Positions 48,330-58,848 of a stretch of DNA of 63,782 nt are shown piece by piece. The notes under the pieces were generated by a model, which ran no database searches, had not been told where the DNA came from, and was given only the letters and a program-made list of their open reading frames with translations. How positions within the stretch are numbered: the stretch's first letter is position 1; every line of letters begins with the position of its first letter. The stretch is taken from NCBI GenBank assembly GCA_049799515.1, contig JBARIA010000018.1, positions 1-63,782 on the forward strand, given 5' to 3'. The DNA is from Candidatus Dormiibacterota bacterium. Its GTDB lineage: Bacteria > Chloroflexota > Dormibacteria > Aeolococcales > Bog-877. The translations under genes were made by a program, and so were the position numbers.

Positions 48330-48777
48330 GGGGTCAACCGAACCCAAGCTGGAGCCACTTCCGAACGCCTTCCTGCAGGAGCTGGTCGGACAGGAAGAGA
48401 TCTTGGTGAGCTCCCGGGACCGGGCGGGAGAGGGAACCGTGCGGATGTGGTTCGCGGTGATTCCCCCCGGCTTCATCTACCTGCTCACCCCGACCTACAC
48501 CAGAAAGGCGGAGCGATGGCGGGGCGATCCATGGGTCCGCTTTCGGGTCCCGGGAACCGCCCTGTCCCAGGAGGCGGTCGTCGCCAAGGTCGCTTGGGAG
48601 GAGGCTCAGTCCAGCGCCGAGCTGCTCTCCGCAAGCTTCTCCATGGCCGGGGCGGCGACCCCCGAGGCACTCCGCTGGATGCTCCAGGACGGCAGCCGCC
48701 AACTGCTCAGAGCCGGGGTCCCGCCCGGCGCTGGGTCAGATCGAGTCGCGGCGGTCGAGCCGGAGCACGGCGGCTAG
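48319..48777 (+). CDS. hypothetical protein (start uncertain)
   Basis: The coding-looking tail of the 47755..48777 shadow ORF: ...LPNAFLQELVGQEEILVSSRDRAGEGTVRMWFAVIPPGFIYLLTPTYTRKAERWRGDPWVRFRVPG... In-frame GTG at 48319 overlaps the methyltransferase end, and the 3' end overlaps the convergent amidohydrolase by 42 nt. Confidence 0.45.
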   Translation: MPAEGSTEPKLEPLPNAFLQELVGQEEILVSSRDRAGEGTVRMWFAVIPPGFIYLLTPTYTRKAERWRGDPWVRFRVPGTALSQEAVVAKVAWEEAQSSAELLSASFSMAGAATPEALRWMLQDGSRQLLRAGVPPGAGSDRVAAVEPEHGG

Positions 48778-50010
48778 CAGGGCGGTCACCCCCAGGGCCA
48801 CCTCGGAGGGCGCGGTCCACTCCTCGGGGCAGTGACTGCGCCCATCCTGGGAGGGGATGAAGATCATCCCCATCGGACACCGGCCCGCCACATGGGCGGC
48901 GTCGTGGCTCGCCCCTGACGACAGCTCCAGCAGCGGATAGCCGAGCTCCTGGACGACCTCTCGAATCAGCTGGCGGACTCCCTGACTAGAGGCGATCGGC
49001 GGCTCGGCCGAGACCCACTCGACCGTCGCTTCGACGCCGCGGCGGGCCGCCATTCCAAAGACCCCGTCCTCGAGCCCAATGTGGCGATCTTGGAGCCAGG
49101 CCTGCTCTGAGCTCCGGAACTCGACCCAGGCCGTGGCGCTGCCAGGGACCACGTTGGCCGCACCAGGAGAGATCTCCAGCCGCCCGACCGTCCCCACGCC
49201 CGACCCGTCCTTCCTCGACTCTCGGGCCAGCTGCTCGACTAGAAGCACTGCCTCAGCGCAGGCCGCCAGGGCATCACGTCGATCCGACATGGCGGTGGTG
49301 CCGGCGTGGTCCGGCCGTCCGGTCACCGTGATCACCGCCCGGTGAATGCCGGCGATGGCGGTCACAACCCCAAACGGAATCCCGGCCCGCTCCAGGGCGC
49401 TCCCCTGCTCGATGTGAAGCTCTAGGTAGGAGTGGAGTCGTTCGGTCGGCCACACCCCCTGGGAGAGCTCTTCTGGACGCGATCCCGCTTCGGAGAGTGC
49501 GGCGGATAGGGTCTGTCCGTCCTCGTCCCGCAGGCGGAGAAAGGTCGGGCTCAGCTGATCGGTGACCGCCCGGCTACCCAGGCAGCTGAGTCCGAAGCGG
49601 TTGGGCTCCTCTCCCAGGAAGTCCACCACCAGCAGCGAGTGCCGGAGCCGCGACCCACCCTGGTGGAGCAGCCTGGCCACCTCGATGGCGCCCAGCACCC
49701 CCACCATCCCGTCGAATCGCCCGCCCCCGGCAACGGTGTCGGTATGTGACCCGACCACGATCTGGGGGAGTTCGGGTTGGTCGCCCGCCAGCTCACCGAT
49801 CAGGTTCCCCAGCGGATCGGCGTGGACCACCAGCCCAACCGCTTCCATCTGCTCCCTGACCCAGGCACGGGAGCGCTGGTAAGGCTCGGAGAAGAGACGC
49901 CGGGTGAAGCCCGGCTGGCCAGGCTCCCGAAACTCGGCCAGCTCCATCAGTTGCCGCCAGAGCCGGTCCTGGTCAGGAGTCGGAAGGGTGCTCACGATGA
50001 CGTCCGGCAA
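48736..50010 (-). CDS. M20 family Zn-dependent amidohydrolase (allantoate amidohydrolase / N-carbamoyl-amino-acid hydrolase type)
   Basis: 424 aa. HADPLGNLIGEL, VGSHTDTVAGGGRFDGMVGVLGAIEV and a C-terminal SGASHDA. Confidence 0.9.
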   Translation of the reverse strand: MPDVIVSTLPTPDQDRLWRQLMELAEFREPGQPGFTRRLFSEPYQRSRAWVREQMEAVGLVVHADPLGNLIGELAGDQPELPQIVVGSHTDTVAGGGRFDGMVGVLGAIEVARLLHQGGSRLRHSLLVVDFLGEEPNRFGLSCLGSRAVTDQLSPTFLRLRDEDGQTLSAALSEAGSRPEELSQGVWPTERLHSYLELHIEQGSALERAGIPFGVVTAIAGIHRAVITVTGRPDHAGTTAMSDRRDALAACAEAVLLVEQLARESRKDGSGVGTVGRLEISPGAANVVPGSATAWVEFRSSEQAWLQDRHIGLEDGVFGMAARRGVEATVEWVSAEPPIASSQGVRQLIREVVQELGYPLLELSSGASHDAAHVAGRCPMGMIFIPSQDGRSHCPEEWTAPSEVALGVTALLAAVLRLDRRDSI

Positions 50011-50058
50011 CGTAGCAGTCCCGGGCTAGCTTGTGCCGGACGCGGAGCGGATGGGACC

Positions 50059-50628
50059 ATGGCCTCCATGCCCACCCGTGCCGACGCCCTCGAGCTCCTC
50101 TACCAGACCACCAAGACCGACAGCCTGCGCCGCCACGGCCTGGCCGTGGAGGCGGTGATGCGCCAGGCCGCCCGCAGAGCGGGAGGCGACGAGGAGGAGT
50201 GGGCGATCACCGGCCTGCTCCACGACTTCGACTACGAGGCTCATCCGAAGGAACACCCCTTCTGGGGCCGGCCGGTGCTGGAGTCTCAGGGGTATCCGAA
50301 AGAGGTGGTCCTGGCCATCCAGGGCCACGCCAACTTCAGCGGAGTGCCGCGGGACACCGAGATGGCCCGCTGGCTCTTCGCCCTCGACGAGCTGACTGGA
50401 TTTGTGATGGCGGTCGCCATGGTCCAACCGGAGCGGATGGTCAGCACGGTCAAGACCTCTTCGGTGCGCAAGAAGCTCAAAGACAAGTCCTTCGCCCGCA
50501 GCGTTCTCCGCGAGGACATAGCGCTCGGCAGCGAGGAGCTGGGGATCGAGGTCGAGCAGCTGGTAGAGCTGGTGGTGGCCGGGCTCAGCCCGATCGCAAC
50601 TGAGCTTGGGCTCGGGTCCGCCCAATAG
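50059..50628 (+). CDS. HD domain (HDIG-like) phosphohydrolase
   Basis: RHGLAVEAVMR ... GLLHDFDY. ATG at 50059 is chosen over the long track ORF that overlaps the amidohydrolase. Confidence 0.85.
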   Translation: MASMPTRADALELLYQTTKTDSLRRHGLAVEAVMRQAARRAGGDEEEWAITGLLHDFDYEAHPKEHPFWGRPVLESQGYPKEVVLAIQGHANFSGVPRDTEMARWLFALDELTGFVMAVAMVQPERMVSTVKTSSVRKKLKDKSFARSVLREDIALGSEELGIEVEQLVELVVAGLSPIATELGLGSAQ

Positions 50629-50658
50629 CGACGCCTATACTCGACCGCTGACCTCAAC

Positions 50659-50748
50659 GGGGAGGTGGCTGAGTGGTCGAAAGCGCCCGCCTGCTAAGCG
50701 GGTGACGGGGGTTAACCTCGTCCGAGGGTTCGAATCCCTCCCTTCCCG
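50659..50748 (+). tRNA. tRNA-Ser (anticodon GCT)
   Basis: Acceptor GGGGAGG/CCTTCCC, anticodon arm CCCGC-CTGCTAA-GCGGG, long variable arm, T arm GAGGG-TTCGAAT-CCCTC, discriminator G. Confidence 0.9.
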
Positions 50749-51025
50749 CGGTTTGGCCTTGACCCCATTCGGTGGACAGCTGTCTCACGTCATCGTGGAC
50801 AACCCCCTATCGCTTCCGGGATCACAGCCGCGACGGGGTTCTGCGAGTCCAGCGCGTGGAGTGCAGCGCTTTCTAGAACCTGCGTCCGACGCTCCACTTG
50901 TAGGCAGCAACCCACCTTTCTCGGATCGCCACCAGCACCAGCGCCTGAGGCAGCTCCGGCTCCCGCCACCGGAGCTCCGTCATCGGGCGGGGCCCAACAA
51001 TCCAGCCAACTTTCGGGGTTAGGCT

Positions 51026-52219
51026 TTGGCGGTGACCAGTGATGAGGCGGCCGAACCGAGTCGAGTTCCCAGCCCGGACGCCGACGAAACCCTAGTTGCT
51101 CCGCCCGGGCGTTTTCGTATCTACCTGGGCGCCGCCGCTGGAGTGGGCAAGACCTGCGCCATGCTGGACGAGGGCTGGCGGAGGCGGGAGCGGGGACGCG
51201 ACGTGGTGGTGGGGTTCGTGGAGACCCACGGCCGGCCACACACCGCCGAGTTCGTGCGGGACCTCGAGGTGGTGCCCCGGAAGCGGGTAGAGCATCGCGG
51301 CGCGGTATTCGAGGAGATGGATCTCGACGCCGTCCTGGCCAGGCACCCGCAGCTTGCCCTGGTCGACGAACTGGCCCACACCAACGTGCCTGGGAGCGGC
51401 CGGCATGGCAAGCGCTGGGAGGATGTGCTGGAGCTGCTCGACAACGGGATCAACGTGATCAGCACCGTCAACATCCAGCACCTGGAGAGCCTGGCCGAGA
51501 GCATCGAGAGCATGACCGGTAGCAAGGTGCGGGAGCGGGTGCCCGACTGGGTTGTCCGGCGGGCGGACCAGACCGAGCTGGTCGACTCCTCCCCGGAGCA
51601 GCTTCGGCGCCGGATGGCTCACGGCAACGTCTATCCCGCCGACCGAGTGCCGGCCGCGCTCACCCACTTCTTCACCACCAGAAACCTCACCATCCTGCGC
51701 GAGCTGGCGCTGCGCTTCGTCGCCGACGAGACCGAAGAGGTCCGGCTCCGCAAGGTCGAGGAACCCAGCGAGGGCACGATCGAAACTGGAGAGCACATCC
51801 TGGTCGGGGTCGGCGCCGCACCCGGCAGCGATCACCTGCTGCGGCGGGCGGCGCGGATCACCGCCCGCACCAAGAGCGACCTGCACGTGGTGCACGTGGT
51901 GGCCGCCGACTCCACCCGATCGGTCGACGCAGGCGCTCTCGAGGACTTGAAGACCCTCACCACCTCCTTGGGCGGGGAGTGGGCGACCCTCCATGGCGAC
52001 GACGTGGCCTCCACGTTGGTCACCTTCGCTCGGACCCACCACATCACCCAGGTGATGGTGGGCTCCGACCCCGGGCGTAGGTGGAGCCTGGGCCGGGGGG
52101 GAGTCCTCAAAGAACTCCTCCGGCATGCTGGCAAGGCCAACCTGGACGTGCACGTCATCTCGCTACCACGAATCCGGGTCAAAGCCTCTGACGAGGGCGC
52201 TGATCCGAGCGACGGATGA
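51026..52219 (+). CDS. kdpD: KdpD N-terminal sensor module (KdpD domain plus Usp domain) as a separate ORF
   Basis: RIYLGAAAGVGKTCAMLDEG...VDELAHTN...NVISTVNIQHLESL (KdpD N-domain) followed by a Usp-like block (ILVGVGAAPGSDHLLRRAARI...). The stop is at 52217-52219. Confidence 0.9.
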   Translation: MAVTSDEAAEPSRVPSPDADETLVAPPGRFRIYLGAAAGVGKTCAMLDEGWRRRERGRDVVVGFVETHGRPHTAEFVRDLEVVPRKRVEHRGAVFEEMDLDAVLARHPQLALVDELAHTNVPGSGRHGKRWEDVLELLDNGINVISTVNIQHLESLAESIESMTGSKVRERVPDWVVRRADQTELVDSSPEQLRRRMAHGNVYPADRVPAALTHFFTTRNLTILRELALRFVADETEEVRLRKVEEPSEGTIETGEHILVGVGAAPGSDHLLRRAARITARTKSDLHVVHVVAADSTRSVDAGALEDLKTLTTSLGGEWATLHGDDVASTLVTFARTHHITQVMVGSDPGRRWSLGRGGVLKELLRHAGKANLDVHVISLPRIRVKASDEGADPSDG

Positions 52220-52223
52220 CCGC

Positions 52224-53681
52224 ATGAACTGGCTCTCCCGACGCCAGGCCGGGGGCGCAGCGGCAGCGCTGGCGCTGGCGGCGCTGCTGTCGGTCCTGAT
52301 GCTGCCGGCCCGGGCCCATCTAGGCACCAGCACCAGCGCGCTGGTGCTGATCATCCCGGTGGTGGTGGGGGTCGCCGTCGGGGGCTGGTTCGCGGGCGTG
52401 CTGGCGATCGCCGCCGGGTTCTTCTGCTACGACTTCCTCTTCATCCGACCGTACGCCACACTGGCGGTCTCCAACTACCGCGACTGGATCACCCTGGGGG
52501 TCTACGTGGTGGTGATGCTGATCGTGGCCCGGGTGGTATTCGCGCTACAGGAGGCCCGAGTCCAGGCCCGGCGTCGGGCGGGAGATGCCCGCCATCTGCT
52601 CGAGGTGTCCGACCTGCTGATCGGAGACAAGCCGCTCGAGGAGCTGCTGGGGACGGTGGTCCGTACCGTCCAGGGCGAATTCCGGCTCAGCTCGGTCGCG
52701 CTGCTGCTCCCGGTTGGCGAGCAGCTGGCGGTCGCCGCCCAGGCAGGTGAACCACTTCCAGAGGAGTCGCTCCAGGGTGGGGCTTTGCCCGGGGCCTCCG
52801 CGACTGCGCTCGCCCGTCACGGGCTGAGCGGGCTGCGTACCCTTCCGCTGGCCACCGCCGAGCGTGCGATCGGGGTGCTGCTGCTGAAAGGGCCCTCGCT
52901 CTCACCCACCGACCAGCAGCTGCTGACCACCTACGCCAATCACGCCGCGCTGGCGGTCGAACGCGCCCAACTTCGCGAGCAGGCTCTGCGCAGCCGGGTT
53001 CTCCAAGAGGTCGACAACTGGAGGCGGGCCCTGCTGGGCTCGGTGGCTCACGACCTGCGCACCCCTCTGGCCTCCATCAAGGCAGCCCTCTCGGACCTGG
53101 GTGACCCAGCTGTCCCGTTGTCGACCGGAGACCGCCGGGAGCTCCTGGTCACCGCCGAGGCGGAGACCGACCGGCTCACCCGCCTGGTCAAGAATCTGCT
53201 TGACATGTTCCGGATCGAGGCGGGCATGCGACGCTTGGTGGCCACCCCTGCGCCCCTCCTGGAGCTGGTCGACGAGGCTCTAGAAGCGATGCAGGGACCG
53301 CTCGAGTCACGACCGGTGGCGGTCGACGTCGCCGCCACACTGAACGTCAAGGTGGACCGGGCCCTGGTGGTGCGGGTGCTGGTCAACCTGCTGGAGAATG
53401 CCGCCCGCCACACCCCCGACCAGACCCCGGTCGCGGTCCGGGCTCGGCGTCAGGCGAATTGGGTCGAACTGGAGGTGGAGGATGGGGGCCCGGGGCTCAG
53501 CCCTGAACGCCTGGCGACAATCTTCAGCCCGGTCCCGAACAGCGGCGACGCGTCGGGTTCACCGAGTGGAGTTGGACTGGTGATCTGCAAAGCCTTCATC
53601 GAAGCCAACGGAGGTAGGATCAGCGCCCGCTCTGGACCGCGGGGGGGGCTGCAGATGGACATCCTGCTGCCAGCGGCGTAG
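52224..53681 (+). CDS. kdpD: KdpD membrane/histidine kinase module (DUF4118-GAF-HisKA-HATPase) as a separate ORF
   Basis: ATG 4 nt after the preceding stop, in a different frame. TM bundle LVLIIPVVVGVAVGGWFAGVL..FFCYDFLFIRPY, H-box LLGSVAHDLRTPLASI, N and G boxes LLENAARHTP and DGGPGL. Confidence 0.9.
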   Translation: MNWLSRRQAGGAAAALALAALLSVLMLPARAHLGTSTSALVLIIPVVVGVAVGGWFAGVLAIAAGFFCYDFLFIRPYATLAVSNYRDWITLGVYVVVMLIVARVVFALQEARVQARRRAGDARHLLEVSDLLIGDKPLEELLGTVVRTVQGEFRLSSVALLLPVGEQLAVAAQAGEPLPEESLQGGALPGASATALARHGLSGLRTLPLATAERAIGVLLLKGPSLSPTDQQLLTTYANHAALAVERAQLREQALRSRVLQEVDNWRRALLGSVAHDLRTPLASIKAALSDLGDPAVPLSTGDRRELLVTAEAETDRLTRLVKNLLDMFRIEAGMRRLVATPAPLLELVDEALEAMQGPLESRPVAVDVAATLNVKVDRALVVRVLVNLLENAARHTPDQTPVAVRARRQANWVELEVEDGGPGLSPERLATIFSPVPNSGDASGSPSGVGLVICKAFIEANGGRISARSGPRGGLQMDILLPAA

Positions 53682-53692
53682 TCGGGGACTCG

Positions 53693-54397
53693 ATGGCCAG
53701 CCTCTTGCTGATCGATGACGAGCCAGCGATCCTGCGGGCCCTAGGTATCGGGTTGCGGGCCCGGGGATACGACGTCCACACCGCTCGTACCGGGGCCGAG
53801 GGATTGGCAGAGGCGGTCCGCCACCGCCCCGAGGTGGTGGTGCTCGATCTGCAGCTTCCGGACATGGACGGGATCCAGGTTTGCCGCCAACTGCGAAGCT
53901 GGACTGAGGTTCCGGTACTGATCCTCTCCGCGCACGGGGAGGAGGACCGCAAGGTCGCCGCCCTAGACGCCGGGGCCGACGATTTCATCACCAAGCCGTT
54001 CGGCATGGCGGAGTTGGAAGCTCGGATCCGGGTCGCCCTTCGTCATCGGCGCGAGCAGTCCGGCGGCCCCGAGTTGATCGTAGGACCGCTGACCATGGAC
54101 CTGGCCGCCCACACCGTTTCGATGGATGGTCAGCGGGTCGCACTCACAGCCACCGAGTACGAGATGCTGGCGTATCTGGCAAGCAACGCAGGGCGGGTGG
54201 TAACTCAGGAGTTGCTCTTAGCCCAGGTATGGGGAGGGCGGTACGGCGCCGATGCCCACTACCTTCGGGTCTACGCGAGTCGTATCCGGCGCAAATTGGG
54301 GCTCGACCCCGGACAGTTCTTGGTCACCCATCCCGGAGTCGGATACGAACTGCGAGCCGAGTTACAACCCGCGGCAGGCGCCGGGGAGGACGTCTAG
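53693..54397 (+). CDS. kdpE: OmpR-family response regulator KdpE
   Basis: Receiver LLIDDEP...VVLDLQLPDMDG and a winged-helix output (LTATEYEMLAYL...GVGYEL), directly after the kinase gene. Confidence 0.9.
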   Translation: MASLLLIDDEPAILRALGIGLRARGYDVHTARTGAEGLAEAVRHRPEVVVLDLQLPDMDGIQVCRQLRSWTEVPVLILSAHGEEDRKVAALDAGADDFITKPFGMAELEARIRVALRHRREQSGGPELIVGPLTMDLAAHTVSMDGQRVALTATEYEMLAYLASNAGRVVTQELLLAQVWGGRYGADAHYLRVYASRIRRKLGLDPGQFLVTHPGVGYELRAELQPAAGAGEDV

Positions 54398-54936
54398 CCG
54401 CGGGCCACCAGCTTGGCCAGCGCTTCATTAAGCTCGAGCACGTTGACGGTGGGCGCTCCCAAGAAGCCCAGATAGGGGCCCCGCTCCTCTTTGATCACCA
54501 GCCGCCGCACTGCCGTCGGTGCCAAGCCCCGGTACTTTGCTACAGCATCGACTTGGACCAGCGCCGCTGCGGGAGAGATGTCCGGATCGACTCCGCTGCC
54601 AGAGGTGGTGACCAGATCCGCGGGGGGATTTTTTACCCCGAGGTGCGCCTCGGCCTGGATCGCCGCACGCACCTCCGCTGCCAGCACCTTTGAGGTGGGT
54701 CCCAGGTTGGATGGGCCCGTGGCCAGGGGGTCGTCGGCGTCGGGCCGTCCATGGAACCACCCTGCTCCCTTCCATGTCTGGCCGATCAGGGTCGAGCCGT
54801 TCTTGGTAATCGACCCGTTCGCCTCAGCCGAAAACCACCATTGGGAGAGGCCGGTTTCCACGAGCGGGTAGAGGATGCCGCAGATCACGGTCACGATCAG
54901 GAGGGCCACGATGGATCGGCGCAGGTGCAGCAGCAT
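54394..54936 (-). CDS. kdpC: potassium-transporting ATPase subunit C
   Basis: 180 aa. N-terminal anchor, NGS.LIGQ, and SGSGVDPDISPAAALVQ, the KdpC signature. Confidence 0.9.
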   Translation of the reverse strand: MLLHLRRSIVALLIVTVICGILYPLVETGLSQWWFSAEANGSITKNGSTLIGQTWKGAGWFHGRPDADDPLATGPSNLGPTSKVLAAEVRAAIQAEAHLGVKNPPADLVTTSGSGVDPDISPAAALVQVDAVAKYRGLAPTAVRRLVIKEERGPYLGFLGAPTVNVLELNEALAKLVARG

Positions 54937-57059
54937 TAGGAGATCCTCAGGGCGGTGAGCGCCAGATCAATGAGCTTGATAAAGATGAAGGGAGCAATAA
55001 CTCCGCCGAGTCCGTAGACCAGCAGGTTGCGACGGAGCAACGCCTGGGCGCTGGAAGGTCGGTAGTGAGCTCCGCGCAACGCCAATGGGATCAGGGCGAC
55101 GATAACCAGGGCGTTGAAGATTACAGCCGAGAGAACCGCGGTGTGGGGGCTGTGCAGTCGCAAGATGTTGAGCGCCTTCAGCTGCGGATAAGTCGCCACG
55201 AAGAGCGCCGGGATGATGGCGAAATACTTTGCCACGTCGTTGGCAATGGAAAATGTGGTGAGCGCTCCCCGGGTGATCAGCAACTGCTTTCCGATCGCGA
55301 CCACCTCAATCAACTTCGTCGGATTCGAGTCGAGGTCGACCATGTTCCCTGCCTCTTTGGCTGCCATAGTCCCGGTGTTCATGGCGACGCCGACGTCGGC
55401 TTGTGCCAGGGCCGGCGCGTCGTTGGTCCCGTCTCCAGCCATGGCGACCAGCCGGCCGCCTTTCTGCTCCTGGCGTATCAGTGCCAGCTTGGCTTCGGGG
55501 GTGGCCTCGGCCAGGAAGTCATCCACCCCAGCTTCGGCGGCGATGGTGGCGGCGGTAAGTGGATTGTCACCGGTGACCATGATGGTCCGAATTCCCATCT
55601 TGCGGAGTTCGTCGAACCTCACTTTGATGCCCGACTTGACCACGTCACGCAGCTCCACCACACCCAGGATTCGCGGACCATCAGCCACCACCAGCGGCGT
55701 GGAGCCCGCCCGGGACAGGCGTTCCACGATGGGCCCCAGTTCGTCGGGCACGGTGCCGCCCTGCTCCTTGACCCAGTTCTTCACCGCCTCGCCCGCTCCC
55801 TTGCGGATATGGCGGCCATCGATGTCGAGACCAGACATCCGAGTCGCGGCACTGAAGGGAATGATCTGGTGCTTCATACCCAGCTCTCGACCGCGTATGT
55901 CAAACCGCTCCTTGGCCAAGACCACGATCGACCGGCCCTCGGGAGTGTCGTCGGCAAGCGATGCCAGCTGAGCTGCGTCGGCGAGATCGCGCTCAGAGAC
56001 CCCCTCGATGCCTGTGAACGTGGCTGCCATGCGGTTGCCCAGGGTGATCGTGCCAGTCTTGTCCAGCAGCAGGGTACTGACGTCGCCAGCAGCCTCCACC
56101 GCCCGACCGCTCATGGCCAGAACGTTGCGCTGTACCAGACGGTCCATCCCCGCAATGCCAATGGCAGAAAGTAGAGCACCAATGGTGGTTGGTATGAGAC
56201 AGACCAGCAGTGCGATCAGGATGACCACCGACACCTGTCCATGTGCATACCCGGCAAAGGGGGCAAGGGCCACGCAAACCGGGACAAAGATGATTGTCAG
56301 AGCGGCCAGCAGGATGGTAAGAGCGAGCTCGTTGGGAGTCTTCTGTCGGTTGGCTCCCTCGACCAGCTGGATCATTCGATCCATGAAGGTGTGCCCGGGC
56401 TCGGCGGTGATTCTGATCACTATGCGGTCGGAGAGCACCTTGGTACCGCCGGTCACTGCGGAACGATCTCCACCGCTCTCCCTAATCACTGGTGCTGATT
56501 CACCCGTGATGGCGGACTCGTCGATCGACGCCACCCCTTCGACGACCTCTCCGTCCGAGGGGACGATGTCGTTGGCCTCACAGACGACCCGGTCGCCCCG
56601 GACCAGAGACGCCGCCATCACGCTCTCCTCGGAGCCGTCCGCATTGAGGCGCCGAGCCATCGTGTCAGCACGCATCCGTCGAAGCGCGTTCGACTGCGCC
56701 CGACCCCGCCCCTCGGCAGTTGCCTCGGCGAAGTTGGCAAACAGGACCGTCACGAGTAGCCACAGCGTTATCGCCCAGTCGAACACGGACGGATGGAAGA
56801 TCGACGCGATGAACGTGACGATGGTCCCGAGTAAGACGACGAACATCACTGGATTCTTGATCTGTACCCGGGGATCGAGCTTCACAAAGGAATCGAGGAT
56901 CGCCCGAACCAGAATCTCCCGGGTCATCCAGGGCAACTGACGACGACCCCGACCCCCACCCGTCGGGACGGCTGGCGCCGGTTCAGGCCCATCCGAAATC
57001 GCGGTCGTCTCCGGGGCTAAGGCACCGTCACCGGGCAAGGCAGTCATGTTGGCACTCAT
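54936..57059 (-). CDS. kdpB: potassium-transporting ATPase subunit B (P-type ATPase)
   Basis: 707 aa with [17 protein letters not shown] and [16 protein letters not shown]. Confidence 0.97.
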   Translation of the reverse strand: MSANMTALPGDGALAPETTAISDGPEPAPAVPTGGGRGRRQLPWMTREILVRAILDSFVKLDPRVQIKNPVMFVVLLGTIVTFIASIFHPSVFDWAITLWLLVTVLFANFAEATAEGRGRAQSNALRRMRADTMARRLNADGSEESVMAASLVRGDRVVCEANDIVPSDGEVVEGVASIDESAITGESAPVIRESGGDRSAVTGGTKVLSDRIVIRITAEPGHTFMDRMIQLVEGANRQKTPNELALTILLAALTIIFVPVCVALAPFAGYAHGQVSVVILIALLVCLIPTTIGALLSAIGIAGMDRLVQRNVLAMSGRAVEAAGDVSTLLLDKTGTITLGNRMAATFTGIEGVSERDLADAAQLASLADDTPEGRSIVVLAKERFDIRGRELGMKHQIIPFSAATRMSGLDIDGRHIRKGAGEAVKNWVKEQGGTVPDELGPIVERLSRAGSTPLVVADGPRILGVVELRDVVKSGIKVRFDELRKMGIRTIMVTGDNPLTAATIAAEAGVDDFLAEATPEAKLALIRQEQKGGRLVAMAGDGTNDAPALAQADVGVAMNTGTMAAKEAGNMVDLDSNPTKLIEVVAIGKQLLITRGALTTFSIANDVAKYFAIIPALFVATYPQLKALNILRLHSPHTAVLSAVIFNALVIVALIPLALRGAHYRPSSAQALLRRNLLVYGLGGVIAPFIFIKLIDLALTALRIS

Positions 57060-58759
57060 CCGAACAGCACCCCGTGACGAACCAAGGCCTCCGCAATCGG
57101 ACCAAGGGAGATGGCCGGCAGGAAGGTCAGACCTCCGACCAAAACCACGGTCCCGATGAGCAGACCGACAAAGATCGGCTTATCCGACCGCATCGTCCCC
57201 AAGGAGTCAGGGACATAGCCCTTGGCCGCTAGCGCGCCTGCCAGAGCGATGACCGGGATCATTATGCCGAGGCGGCCGAGGACCATCGCAGCGGCCCCGG
57301 TGAGGTTGTAGAAGGTGGTGTTCCCGTCGAGTCCAGCGAATGCTGATCCGTTGTTGTTGGTCTGGGAGACTAAGGCGTAGAGAACTTCCGAGAACCCGTG
57401 CGGACCATGATTGAACACTGAACTCACTCCGGCTGGGACTGCGACCGCGAGCGCGGTAAATGCCAGCACCACCACTGGCATCATCAGCACCCCGATGGAC
57501 GCCAGCTTCACCTCACGTGACTGGATCTTTTTGCCCAGATACTCCGGCGTACGTCCCACCATCAGCCCGCCGATGAACACCGCGACTACAGCAAACAAGA
57601 GCATGGTGTAGAGTCCGCTCCCACTGCCCCCTGGCGAAACCTCCCCCAACATCATGCCGGCCAGCAGTCCTGCGCCACCGATGGGCGTGTACGAATCATT
57701 CGCGCCGTCCACAGATCCGGTGGACGTCACTGTAGAGGCGATGTCAAAGAGATCTGAGACAGCCGGCCCGAACCGGGTCTCCTTCCCCTCAATGTTGCCA
57801 CCCGACTGCTGCTGCGAACTCAAGCCGGCTGCCGTCAGGGCCGGATTGTTGCCGGTCTCGGCCGGCAAACTAATGGCGATGCAGGACGCGAAGAGAACGA
57901 CCATAGTCACCAGAAGCGCTACCCCTTGCCGGATGTTGCCGACCATCTTGCCGAATGTGTAGGTGAGGGAGAACGGAATGGCCAGCAGGAGCACGATCTC
58001 CAGCAGATTGATGAGCGCGGTCGGGTTCTCGAAGGGGTCGGCACTGTTGGAATTGAAGAACCCGCCCCCATTATTCCCCAGCTCCTTGATTACCGACATG
58101 GAAGCGACCGGTCCCACTGCGATTACTTGGGACACACCGTTGAGGATGTCGTGGATGCGCGCCGGGCCAGCCAGTGTCTCGACCGCTCCCTGAGAAACGA
58201 ATACAATCGTCATCACCGCAGCGATTGGGAGCAAGATATACAGGATGCCGCGGACTAAGTCGACCCAGAAGTTCCCGATGGTGGGCGACTCTCGGCGCAC
58301 GAAGCCACGAATTAGTACGATCGCGATCTGAATCCCCACGGCGGCACTGACGAACTGCTGCACGGTGAGAGCGGCCATCTGGGTGAAGTACGACATCGTC
58401 GACTCACCCGCATAGTTCTGCCAGTTGGTGTTGGTCATGAACGAGACCGCCGTGTTAAGCGCCAGAAACGGAGATACCCCGGTGAGATGCTGTGGGTTCA
58501 GCGGAAGTGACCCCTGGAGCCGCTCGATGGCGTAGACCGCGAGTACGCAGACGGCCGCAAACACCACTGTGGCTACTGCATAGCGCTTCCAAGTCTGTTC
58601 AGAAGCAGGATCGACCGCGAGGGCGCGGTAGATCGGTCGTTCCAGCCAGCCCATCCAGCGGCTCTTGCCGGTGTACACGTCGGCCATGTACGAGCCCAGA
58701 AACCGCCAGGCCAACGCCAGGGCGGCTAGAAGGGCCAGTACGGTCAGCCAGAAGCCCAT
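57056..58759 (-). CDS. kdpA: potassium-transporting ATPase subunit A
   Basis: ATG at 58759 ([11 protein letters not shown]...) gives the normal 567 aa. It overlaps the kdpF stop by 1 nt (TGATG). The track start at 58897 runs through kdpF. Confidence 0.95.
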   Translation of the reverse strand: MGFWLTVLALLAALALAWRFLGSYMADVYTGKSRWMGWLERPIYRALAVDPASEQTWKRYAVATVVFAAVCVLAVYAIERLQGSLPLNPQHLTGVSPFLALNTAVSFMTNTNWQNYAGESTMSYFTQMAALTVQQFVSAAVGIQIAIVLIRGFVRRESPTIGNFWVDLVRGILYILLPIAAVMTIVFVSQGAVETLAGPARIHDILNGVSQVIAVGPVASMSVIKELGNNGGGFFNSNSADPFENPTALINLLEIVLLLAIPFSLTYTFGKMVGNIRQGVALLVTMVVLFASCIAISLPAETGNNPALTAAGLSSQQQSGGNIEGKETRFGPAVSDLFDIASTVTSTGSVDGANDSYTPIGGAGLLAGMMLGEVSPGGSGSGLYTMLLFAVVAVFIGGLMVGRTPEYLGKKIQSREVKLASIGVLMMPVVVLAFTALAVAVPAGVSSVFNHGPHGFSEVLYALVSQTNNNGSAFAGLDGNTTFYNLTGAAAMVLGRLGIMIPVIALAGALAAKGYVPDSLGTMRSDKPIFVGLLIGTVVLVGGLTFLPAISLGPIAEALVRHGVLFG

Positions 58760-58848
58760 CAGAAACGCTCGGGCCGAATCATCGCGTAGACCAAGTACAT
58801 GAAGGTCGCGGTGGAAAGAATCAGCAGGAGGATGTCGGCGAGGTCCAT
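58759..58848 (-). CDS. kdpF: potassium-transporting ATPase subunit F
   Basis: Own translation: MDLADILLLILSTATFMYLVYAMIRPERF (29 aa). The LVYAMIRPERF ending is the KdpF hallmark. Confidence 0.8.
   Translation of the reverse strand: MDLADILLLILSTATFMYLVYAMIRPERF

Noticed and set aside
50880-51000. 36-aa minus-strand ORF (MTELRWREPELPQALVLVAIRERWVAAYKWSVGRRF) between tRNA-Ser and kdpD, as a possible gene fragment or islet remnant.
   Set aside because: It is short, has no recognisable family and no flanking repeat of the tRNA-Ser 3' end that I could find.
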